Of a stretch of DNA of 64,000 nucleotides, positions 38,010 through 45,435 are shown in pieces. The position numbers and the translations under genes were made by a program. Below the pieces are notes generated by a model. The model had not been told where the DNA came from. It worked only from the letters and a program-made list of their open reading frames with translations, and made no database searches. Source of the stretch: an uncultured Bifidobacteriaceae bacterium (GTDB lineage: Bacteria > Verrucomicrobiota > Verrucomicrobiia > Limisphaerales > JADLHS01); assembly GCA_964458575.1 (NCBI GenBank), contig CAYWMD010000009.1:54647-118646 (forward strand). Reading direction: 5' to 3'. The first letter of the stretch is position 1. Every line of letters starts with the position of its first letter.

Positions 38010-38858
38010 ATGACAAAAAATCAGACCTTGCTGGCGACAGTTTCCTCGACCCTCATGCTGGTGTCTTTTTCGGCTCGGGCCAACTATAATTTCGAGACTT
38101 TTAACACGGACTTGGCGGGGTGGACTTATACCAACCCCGGCGGTGCGACGAACGGTTCCACTTTGGGCTGGAACAACTCTGCGAATTCCGGAGGCGCGGC
38201 AGGCGAGATTGGTGGCACCCTTGCCAGAGTCAACGTTCCCACGTCTCCCACGGCTTTGGGGATGCCACGGATACTGGACACTTCGACCAGCCGTCTCCTC
38301 GGCTTGACGCTTAACACTGCAATCTCGGTCAGTGGCAAGATGTACTTGGGTGATCCCGGCACCGCCGATACCGGCATCTACATCGGATATTTTAACACCG
38401 CTGCTCCGGACGTCCAACGGCTCGCCCTCAGGATTGATGGACCAAGCGCTCATCCCCAGTGGCGTGCCCGATTCGCATCGGGATGGAGTGGCAGTGGTAC
38501 AACCGGAACCAGGACAGCAATGGCTGCCACATTTAATGCAACTGCGCTTGATTTTAGCTTCAGCTTTGCGCCCTCCGGCTTGAACGACGGTGCTGGCACA
38601 CTAACGGGAAGCATATACAATGTGGGGACGGCAGAAACTTTTACAGTCACTGCCTTCAGCATTTTGGCGAATGCGAACTCCTTTGACGCTTTCGGCATCT
38701 GGGGTGATTCGTCAGGCAGCTCGGACATCACAAGGGTGCAAACAGCGTGGTTTGATAATCTCACTTACACCGTCGTACCGGAACCTGCGGCCGCCTTGTT
38801 GCTACCCTTTGGCGCTGGACTCCTCTTGCTGGCAAGGAACAAAACCCGTCGGGCATAG
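38010..38858 (+). CDS. PEP-CTERM sorting-domain protein carrying the unassigned FGW...GGAAGE domain
   Basis: The ATG at codon 138 of track ORF 37599..38858 gives MTKNQTLLATVSSTLMLVSFSARA. The C-terminus is VPEPAAALLLPFGAGLLLLARNKTRRA. It is preceded by a ~250-nt AT-richer intergenic region. Confidence 0.85.
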   Translation: MTKNQTLLATVSSTLMLVSFSARANYNFETFNTDLAGWTYTNPGGATNGSTLGWNNSANSGGAAGEIGGTLARVNVPTSPTALGMPRILDTSTSRLLGLTLNTAISVSGKMYLGDPGTADTGIYIGYFNTAAPDVQRLALRIDGPSAHPQWRARFASGWSGSGTTGTRTAMAATFNATALDFSFSFAPSGLNDGAGTLTGSIYNVGTAETFTVTAFSILANANSFDAFGIWGDSSGSSDITRVQTAWFDNLTYTVVPEPAAALLLPFGAGLLLLARNKTRRA

Positions 38859-39739
38859 GGTTCTGCCTTGTAGGCGGGTCGGTTTCGGCTGGGTGGAAAT
38901 AACCTGTAATCGAAGCACCGATTACCCAGTCGGCGAACCTTCGCGGCAGGTCACGATAGCCAGATCGGCCAGTTCGAGTTCCATTGGATTCCCGCCAGAA
39001 GGCCTCATACAATAGCAAAAGGAGGTCGACGATGGAGCGACACAACGAGCGTTCCTGACGCAACTCGACGATGACTTCCTTCGCCGGGAGCAAATCCTGG
39101 AACTTCTGCGGACGGCGCGGCGTGAATTCCTCGACCGCCTTGCGGACTGCGGCTGCATCAAAGGAGGACATAAGCTGGATTGTGGCGGATGCAAACCGGG
39201 AAACTGGTTGACGGCAGAATGTCCACGGCGATGCGGTGGATCGGACAGATCCCTGCCTGAACCGGCACGCGGCCCATGCCTGTCTGTGGCTGGACGGCAA
39301 CCACGGCAAGTTCACAGGATGGAGTTTGTCTGCGGAATATCCAACTCCGTTGCTGCTGCCGGTTCGCGGCCGGTTGAAGCCGCGTCATTGCCACGGATGT
39401 GGACTGTTTGCGCTCGTGCCTGTTGGCCCGGACTGGACGCGGCTGCGGACTGTTTGCAGACACGGATCAGCCGCAACTGCGGCCTGCTCTTTGCCTGTCC
39501 ATGTTCGCGGACTTGCCGCGTTGTTGGTCGTGAGCAATTCATATTGCGAGGTTGATTGGCGGCTTCACCGGGACTGTTTCGCGGACGCAGAAACCTTCGG
39601 CACGAAGGGGTAACGCGTGCCTTGTCTTAAACATGATGAGCCACACACTGCCTCCTCTGTTGCAGCAGATCACGGAGATTGCAGTCACGGAGGTCGCCGC
39701 GTCCGACAAGCAATCGCCTGCCGACAAGGAGTGAACGCC

Positions 39740-40585
39740 TCACGCCGGCAGGAGATTCAGCAAGTGGGTCTTGACGTATTTCCCAGCCGCTTGAGGGTCG
39801 TAGGTGATGTCGGTGCGGAGCAGCGGCTGCATGTCCGAACAGAATCCGCGGTCCTTGAGGTGGCCTTCGAGAATTCCGATAAACTCCGCCCGACCGGCTT
39901 TTGTGCCTTCTTGCTTCAAGTAGTGCTCGAAGGACGCGATGATTGCTGCCGGGTCAACGGGCGTTGGTGATTTGGTCAGTGCCCAATACAAATCGAACAA
40001 ATCACGACCCCGCTTCCGCTGGAACATGGCGCGCATCTTTGTTCCCAGCATTTCGTGGATGTCGAAGCCTTTAACGTGGGTTTGGACTGCCTTGTCGCGA
40101 AATGGAAAGCTGAATGGCATCTCAACAACCGCCCGATGCGGCTTGCGTTCGGTCACGTTCGCTTCGACGACAATTTCCAGCGTCCGGTTTGGCTCGATGA
40201 TTGAGCGTGCTGAGTAAGTCATGCGCAACACGCGTGACGGCTTGACGGTGTTTCGGATCGCCAATGCGAGCGTGTCCCAAACGGACGTCTTTGGCGCTCC
40301 CAGAACATCGGTCAGCACGCGACGGATTGCTCGGCGGATGTGGTCGGCAGGGCGAGTCCCGACCACGACTAAATCAATGTCCTCGCTGTAACGTACGGGT
40401 GGCGCAAGATGGACCTTGTGAAGGAGCGTGCCGCCGCGCATGGCGATTTGGGAACTCAGGAATTTGTCGTCGAACAGCGCAACCATCGCGCGGCACAGCA
40501 GGAGGTCCTGCTCCACCTGATACTGCGCCGTCCACGGCACAACGGCTTGGTGCGCCAGAATATCTTGGCGGGTGATCGGCGTCAT
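39740..40585 (-). CDS. abiEii: AbiEii/AbiGii-family nucleotidyltransferase toxin (type IV toxin-antitoxin, abortive infection)
   Basis: 281 aa. The N-terminal block is QVEQDLLLCRAMVALF...MRGGTLLHKV...RYSEDIDLVV, which is the GG...SxDIDL nucleotidyltransferase motif of DUF1814/AbiEii. It has an ATGA overlap with the upstream antitoxin gene. Confidence 0.9.
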   Translation of the reverse strand: MTPITRQDILAHQAVVPWTAQYQVEQDLLLCRAMVALFDDKFLSSQIAMRGGTLLHKVHLAPPVRYSEDIDLVVVGTRPADHIRRAIRRVLTDVLGAPKTSVWDTLALAIRNTVKPSRVLRMTYSARSIIEPNRTLEIVVEANVTERKPHRAVVEMPFSFPFRDKAVQTHVKGFDIHEMLGTKMRAMFQRKRGRDLFDLYWALTKSPTPVDPAAIIASFEHYLKQEGTKAGRAEFIGILEGHLKDRGFCSDMQPLLRTDITYDPQAAGKYVKTHLLNLLPA

Positions 40586-41406
40586 ACTTTCAGCTCACTG
40601 GAATTGTTGAGCACCTGCCAGCGTCTGATAAGCGGGAAGTTGTCGCGTTTGCCTTTGGCCGGGGCGAGCGTTACGGGCGTCAAGTTATCGGGCAACCAGT
40701 CGCGGACAACTTTTGACAGTGACTTGTTGCCACACGCTTCGATGACAAATCCCAACCGCTGTGCGACGGCGGGTTCGTTCTCCAAATCCAATACGCGCTT
40801 GAGCTCGCGGGCGCGCAAGAGCGGCAGAAGCGGGCGGATGGTTTCCGCCGCGCGCTCGATGCCGCCGATGCTGGTTGCGTATCGAATCAGGTCATACGCC
40901 GTTGCCTCGGGCGTGCTGATCCGAAGTGGTGCGACTGCGCCTTCAGGCTGTTGGGTGGGCGTTCGCTCAATCCCTCGCTTCACGAAGAATCGAAGCTGGG
41001 TTCTTCCAACCTTGATCGGTCTGAATGGTTTGTCGGTCATCACTTGGGTGACTTGGAGAGCCTGCGGATTTGAACCGTAGGAACTGGCCGCTGATTGAAG
41101 CGCCAGATAATAGGGACAACCAAGCCAGTCGAAGTAATCTTGAAGCCACCAGTTCGCCGGGGGCGCGCCCATGTTGCGGTGTTCCGGGCTGACTATTAAG
41201 TAGAACGGTTGCCGGGTAGAAATCCTGACGACTTTGCTGCGCAGTCGCGTTAATTGGCGCTTGGCAGCGAGTGCCGACAGTCCGGACGCCTTGCCCAAAT
41301 CAGACAAAGCAAGCGTAACGCGCCCCAATGCCAATCGAGCATCACAAAAAGCCTCCGCCGCACCGCTTTGGCGGGCTTTTGTAGCGGTTTTGGCCTTATT
41401 TTTCAT
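40582..41406 (-). CDS. abiEi: AbiEi-family antitoxin / transcriptional regulator (type IV TA)
   Basis: The ATG at 41406 gives MKNKAKTATKARQSG.... Its size (~274 aa), its position immediately upstream of abiEii with a 4-nt overlap, and its N-terminal wHTH-like region (LSDLGKASGLSALAAKRQLTRL) all fit AbiEi. The 75-codon upstream extension in the track ORF was rejected. Confidence 0.85.
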   Translation of the reverse strand: MKNKAKTATKARQSGAAEAFCDARLALGRVTLALSDLGKASGLSALAAKRQLTRLRSKVVRISTRQPFYLIVSPEHRNMGAPPANWWLQDYFDWLGCPYYLALQSAASSYGSNPQALQVTQVMTDKPFRPIKVGRTQLRFFVKRGIERTPTQQPEGAVAPLRISTPEATAYDLIRYATSIGGIERAAETIRPLLPLLRARELKRVLDLENEPAVAQRLGFVIEACGNKSLSKVVRDWLPDNLTPVTLAPAKGKRDNFPLIRRWQVLNNSSELKV

Positions 41407-41442
41407 TTGCACATCATACCGTCTGACGGTTCGTTGTGCAAA
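41406..41442. promoter_or_regulatory. Nested palindrome overlapping the abiEi start codon (candidate AbiEi operator)
   Basis: On the plus strand, TTTGCACA (41406-41413) and TGTGCAAA (41435-41442) are exact reverse complements. They flank an inner palindrome, ACCGTC-T-GACGGT (41418-41430). AbiEi proteins are known to autoregulate through inverted repeats in their promoter. Confidence 0.35.
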
Positions 41443-41630
41443 CGGAATAAAACCAGCAAAATGCCAAAACGGTCGGTGCGGCTGGACGGCGCGACAGGCG
41501 GAACGAACGCATAGTCGTTCCCGCTGGCGCGAACGGACCGTTGATGATCCCAACCGTCGCGGCGTGTGCGGGCGGTTGGCGGAGCGAAATGAGCGCGGCC
41601 AACAGCCCGCAGGGGCCAGCGGTTGCACCA

Positions 41631-43217
41631 CTAATTTGGGTCAACGATGGCCGCCTCCAATTCCGCGATGAATCGAGGCAACAACGCGCCTTGGGAAAAC
41701 TGGTGTGCCAGGGACGCATAACGCTCCGGCTCACCGCGCTGTTTGAGCGCGGCCATCCGTTGAATCTGGTCCCGGCAGCGGTCCACGTCCCCGTGTGGCA
41801 CGCAGGCAGTGACCGGCGAATCGAGCGCATCAAGCAACTCCGAGAGATGGCTGGGTTTGGGGCCGAGGTAGAGGACCGGCGCGCCGACGCTCAACACATT
41901 GTAGATCTTGCAGGGGTGAACGACGCCGACGAACGGATTCCCCATCACCACGACGTGCAGATCCGCCGCCGAGAGGGAGGCGCTGAGTTCGTTCAGCGGT
42001 TGGTAGGGGAGGCAGAGGAGGTTGGAAGATGGAAGATGGGAGATAGCAGGTGTGGGTTGAGAGTTGAGGGTTGAGGGTTGAGAGATTTCTGATTGTGGCG
42101 ACACCTCACCCTGGCGCGCTCCCATAGCCCTCACCCCTGACCCCTCTCCCGTCCGACGGGCGAGGGGAACCGGGGGGCGGAGAGGGGAATCCGCAGGTGG
42201 AAGGTCGGGGGAACATTCAACATTCAACATCGAACATCCATGGCCCTCACCCCTGACCCCTCTCCCGTCCGACGGGCGAGGGGAACCGGGAGGCGGAGAG
42301 GCGGGATTGGGATTAGGATTAAGATTAGGATTAAGATTAAGATTAAGATTGGGGGTGGGAGACTCAGGAGTTGAAACGCTGACAGGCTGCGATGGTGAAA
42401 CAGGGCGTCCTGCCAAGGCCTGGATTTTTTTGAATTCGCTGCCGCCGCCGACGAACAGGAAGACGAATCTCGGGTCGTGGGCCAGTTCCCGGGCGACCGC
42501 CAACAAGGTGTCCAAAGGATGGCAGGGGCTGTGGTTGCCGGAATACATGATGACAAATTTATCATCGAGCTTATGCGCTTTGCGAAATCGCTCGCGTCCC
42601 GGGGCGTCGAATGTCACCGCGTCATCGTGCGCCCAGGGGGGAATCACCGCGATGCGCTCCGGCGCGATACCCTTGGCGAGGATGCGGTCCTGCATGAAGC
42701 GATCGAGCGCGATGATTTTGTCCGCCCGATGCAGGCTGTAACGTGACATCCAGTGGAGCAGGCGGGCCGGCAACGAGCCTTCGCGCAACCAACCGGCGGC
42801 AATGGCTTCGTCCGGGTTCAGGTCCATGACCCAATACACAAACCGGGCGCCGCGGAGGCGTGCGTATAGTGCGCCGATGAAAGAAATGAGCGGTGGCGAG
42901 GTGAGGGCGACGACAACATCAGGCTTGCGCGTGGTCAGCAGCCGGCAAACGCAGGACAGGATGAAGCTGGCGAAATCGGCGGCGCGGCGCCATTTGGCGG
43001 ATTTGCCGAAAGCGGTGGTGCTGATCCGGTGAATGTGGATGCCGCGCCAGTTCTCGTGCGCCGGGAAAACGCGCTCGGGATTGTCGTAGGCGCGGCGGCT
43101 TGCAATGACGGTGACCTCATGGCCGCGCTCGACCAAGCCTAGCGCGAGATCGCTCAGGTGTTGTCCCGTGGATACAACGTCGGGCCAAAAAGCCTGGTTA
43201 AGGAGGAGGAATTTCAC
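41631..43217 (-). CDS. Glycosyltransferase family 4 (WbuB-like) with a ~130-codon repeat-derived in-frame insertion
   Basis: The GTG at 43217 gives (M)KFLLLNQAFWPDVVSTGQHLSDLALGLVERGHEVTVI, a typical GT4 N-terminus. The C-domain is FVGGGSEFKKIQALA ... NLLCLPYQPLNELSASLSAADLHVV. The track ORF start at 43355 reads through repeat words (FRVFRVFRG) and was rejected. Confidence 0.8.
   Translation of the reverse strand: MKFLLLNQAFWPDVVSTGQHLSDLALGLVERGHEVTVIASRRAYDNPERVFPAHENWRGIHIHRISTTAFGKSAKWRRAADFASFILSCVCRLLTTRKPDVVVALTSPPLISFIGALYARLRGARFVYWVMDLNPDEAIAAGWLREGSLPARLLHWMSRYSLHRADKIIALDRFMQDRILAKGIAPERIAVIPPWAHDDAVTFDAPGRERFRKAHKLDDKFVIMYSGNHSPCHPLDTLLAVARELAHDPRFVFLFVGGGSEFKKIQALAGRPVSPSQPVSVSTPESPTPNLNLNLNPNLNPNPNPASPPPGSPRPSDGRGVRGEGHGCSMLNVECSPDLPPADSPLRPPVPLARRTGEGSGVRAMGARQGEVSPQSEISQPSTLNSQPTPAISHLPSSNLLCLPYQPLNELSASLSAADLHVVVMGNPFVGVVHPCKIYNVLSVGAPVLYLGPKPSHLSELLDALDSPVTACVPHGDVDRCRDQIQRMAALKQRGEPERYASLAHQFSQGALLPRFIAELEAAIVDPN
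42021..42410. repeat. Repeat-word block embedded in frame in the GT4 gene
   Basis: It encodes ...TPNLNLNLNPNLNPNPNP..PPGSPRPSDGRGVRGEGHGCSMLNVECS..SPLRPPVPLARRTGEGSGVRAMG..STLNSQPT.. from four word types: (i) gattaag/gattagg hexamer runs (~42305-42350); (ii) two ~55-nt copies of ccctcacccctgacccctctcccgtccgacgggcgaggggaaccgg (~42120-42188 and ~42237-42293), read in two different frames; (iii) aacattcaacattcaacatcgaacatcc (~42213-42240); (iv) ggttgagagttgagggttgagggttgag (~42051-42085). Confidence 0.75.
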
Positions 43218-43740
43218 GGTCGCTTCGGCAGATAAAAGCAGAAATGGGGAAAGCGGAAAACAGAAATGTGAGACACGGATTGCACGGATTGGAACGGAGC
43301 AGAGATCCAGGGTTAAACCACGAAAGACACGAAAGACACGAAACAAGTCGAACACGGATTACGATTCAGATTAAGATTAGGATTAAGATGAAGATTAAGA
43401 GTAGAAGGATGGAGGGGAAGGGCTGAGAGGGGGAAAGGGGGAAAGACGAAGGCGGAGGACGGAGGGCGGACCATCTGAGGACGGAACTGATTCACCACGA
43501 AACACACGAAATACACGAATACGAAAAAGGAGTAAGCGGAGGCAACGGAGCGAAGCCAAAAACCTAAAATGCTGCCCAGTGAAGTAGCGGGCCCAGAGGA
43601 ATACCGAAACGATTCCACGGGCCAAATGCACTGCACGGGCCAAGGAGCGCGTAAAGCGGTGAGCGAAGGTGAAAAGTGATGACGCAAAGTTCATCGGAGA
43701 TGGCAAAAGATGACAAAAGATGACAAAACGTGACTGGAAT
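43218..43740. repeat. Intergenic mosaic of short repeat words (block A)
   Basis: Successive runs are: cacgaaaga x3 (~43319-43346), gattaag/gattagg (~43358-43405), gggaaagggg, ggcggaccatctgaggacgg, cacgaaacacacgaaatacacgaatacgaaa, a ~100-nt gccaaaa...gctgcccagtgaagtagc...cacgggccaaggagc unit, and gatgacaaaa x3 (~43700-43727). Confidence 0.8.
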
Positions 43741-43792
43741 TAAATTTTTTGCGCTTTAGTGGTCTGTTGATCGGGTGCGGAAAAGGAAGAAG

Positions 43793-43913
43793 CTTTACCT
43801 TTTCTTTACCGATTTTCGCTTTCCGCGCCGGTTTCGTTTGGCGACGTGCTGCGGCCTGGAATGCCGCGCTCCTAGAGTGGAAAACTTTACCTTTTCTTTA
43901 CCTTTTGTTTACC
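43793..43913. repeat. Five CTTTACC (GGTAAAG) units in two clusters with exact 11-bp phasing
   Basis: Units lie at 43793-99 and 43804-10 (cluster 1) and at 43885-91, 43896-902 and 43907-13 (cluster 2). Each cluster is followed by a related ga(t/a)(t/a)tcgctttyc motif. The positions were checked against the codon register of track ORF 43749..43955. Confidence 0.8.
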
Positions 43914-44049
43914 GAAATCGCTTTTCGCCTGGTTGTGTCCCATGTTTCCCCCTGAAGCCGTTCGCCGACCGGCGCTCCAAGCCGCTCGGGCGCGAAAGGA
44001 GCGGTCTATTTCAAAGAACAAGTTAACGACGCACACCCGGCTACAGGCA

Positions 44050-44790
44050 TGAGGTCAGGATTAAGATTAGGAGTAAGATTCTGGTTCAAAGTAACATTTA
44101 TGATTCAGACCTTTTGCCCTGGCTTGCCGCTGGCATACAACGCCGCGAACGATGCGGACGTTAAATCAGCGAACACGGAGAGTCCAGAAAAAAGTGGAAA
44201 TTTTTTTGCCACGGATGGACACGGATCAAAAGTCAAAAAGCTGAAACACTGAAATGCTGACAGGCTGACAGGCTGAAACCGGAGACCGGAGACCTGACCA
44301 AAAACTGAAAAGCTGAAAAACTGAAAAGCTGACATGCTGACCCGCCTTCGTAAGACTTCGGCGCGGCAAGAAGGCTGAGACACGAATTGCACGAATTGGC
44401 ACGAAGCCAAAATCAAAATGCTGCCCGGTGAAATATGCGAGGCCATTTCACGGGCCGAGGAGCACGGAGCAAAAACGTTCTTAACCACGGATGGACACGA
44501 ATGGACACGGATCAAAAGTCAAAAAGCTGAAAAACTGAAAAGCTGACAGGCTGACAGGCTGAAACCGGATACCGGAAACCGAAAATGTAAAATCTGAAAC
44601 GCTAAAAAGCTGACATGCTGAAAGGCGGAGAAGCTGAAACGGGCGAATTGCGGGAAGCGGGGAGCGGAGGACAAATCCTGAGAAAGAGAAAAGGGGAAAA
44701 GGGGAAAAGGGGCGGAGGAAAGACGGGGGACTTGAGGCGGGAGATGGGGTGGGGTGAATTTGTGCTTTCATTTTGCAGTCAAATGCACTA
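44050..44790. repeat. Intergenic mosaic of short repeat words (block B)
   Basis: It contains gattaagattagg, two copies of ccacggatggacacg..atcaaaagtcaaaaagctgaaa (~44208 and ~44480), gctgaaa/gctgaca/ctgaaaag 7-8-nt runs, ccggagac x2, cacgaattgcacgaattggcacgaag, the gctgcccggtgaaat...atttcacgggcc hairpin-like unit, and gggaaaaggggaaaagggg. Confidence 0.8.
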
Positions 44791-44800
44791 TGGTCCGCGT

Positions 44801-45040
44801 ATGAAAACCGTCTGCCTTACCATCCGGGACTGTCCGGCAGAAGTGCACCGGGCCCTGAGCGAGCGGGCCGCAGCCCACAAGCGCAGCCTGAACTCGGAAA
44901 CCATTGTCGTTTTAGAAAACGCCCTGGAGGCTCGGCGCATGAGCGAAGCGGAGTTGCGCCGGGCCATCCGTTCCATTCCCACAAAGGCGCGGTTGTCGCT
45001 GGCCGAAATGCGAGCCGCGATCCGGGAGGGACGGAAATGA
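44801..45040 (+). CDS. vapB: Ribbon-helix-helix (Arc/FitA-like) antitoxin of a VapBC-type TA pair
   Basis: The ATG at 44801 gives MKTVCLTIRDCPAEVHRALSERAAAHKRSLNSETIVVLENAL, an RHH pattern. The protein is 79 aa. It has an ATGA overlap with the downstream PIN gene. Confidence 0.75.
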   Translation: MKTVCLTIRDCPAEVHRALSERAAAHKRSLNSETIVVLENALEARRMSEAELRRAIRSIPTKARLSLAEMRAAIREGRK

Positions 45041-45435
45041 TTGTGGTGGACGCCACGGTCGTAGCCGGATTTCTCTTTTCCGCGGACGCATTCCACGTCC
45101 AGGCCGAGGCGGTGCGTGAGAAGGATGCAGACTGGCATTGCCCGGAACTGGTATTCTCCGAGGTGCGCAGCGTGGGGATGAAACATCACCAGAAAGGCGA
45201 TACGCTGGATGCGACAATCGCGCGGTGCAATCTTACGGCGGCAACGGTTTCGGTTTATCGGATGCACTCGCACAGCGTGTTGCACGCGGCCGACGAGGGT
45301 TCGATTTGGGTTTATGACGCTGAATATGTGGCGCTCGCTCGTCAGTTGCAGGTGAAACTCGTTACCACGGACGAAAGGATACTGGAACAATTTCCGGCCG
45401 TCGCGGTATCCCCGGCTGATTTTCTGAAAAGCTGA
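45037..45435 (+). CDS. vapC: PIN-domain ribonuclease toxin (VapC family)
   Basis: 132 aa. The sequence MIVVDATVVAGFL...ELVFSEVRSV...VYDAEYVALARQLQVKLVTTDERI shows the acidic residues in the usual PIN positions (D5, E, D, D). Confidence 0.82.
   Translation: MIVVDATVVAGFLFSADAFHVQAEAVREKDADWHCPELVFSEVRSVGMKHHQKGDTLDATIARCNLTAATVSVYRMHSHSVLHAADEGSIWVYDAEYVALARQLQVKLVTTDERILEQFPAVAVSPADFLKS

Noticed and set aside
38761-39171. A small minus-strand ORF starting MSSFDAAAVRKAVEEFTPRRPQKFQDLLPAKEVIVELRQERSLCRSIVDLL, which has an HTH-like beginning.
   Set aside because: Only the first ~50 aa look protein-like and the rest is low-quality. The ORF overlaps the 3-prime end of the convergent PEP-CTERM gene by ~98 nt, and I cannot assign a family. 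It may be a decayed gene fragment associated with the abiE insertion.
39401-39583. Three copies of GGACTGTTT(G)C (39401, 39447, 39574) and a GCGGCTG...CAGCCGC stem in the gene-less stretch downstream of abiEii.
   Set aside because: The spacing is irregular (46 and 127 nt). There is no adjacent gene start for them to regulate, and the surrounding ORFs are Cys/Arg-rich shadows. This could be chance in GC-rich DNA, and it is too weak to call an sRNA or operator.
38859-43217. Treating the abiE-containing interval as a defined mobile genetic element.
   Set aside because: No integrase, transposase, tRNA target, terminal inverted repeats or flanking direct repeats could be identified. Only the gene content and the gene-poor flank hint at insertion.
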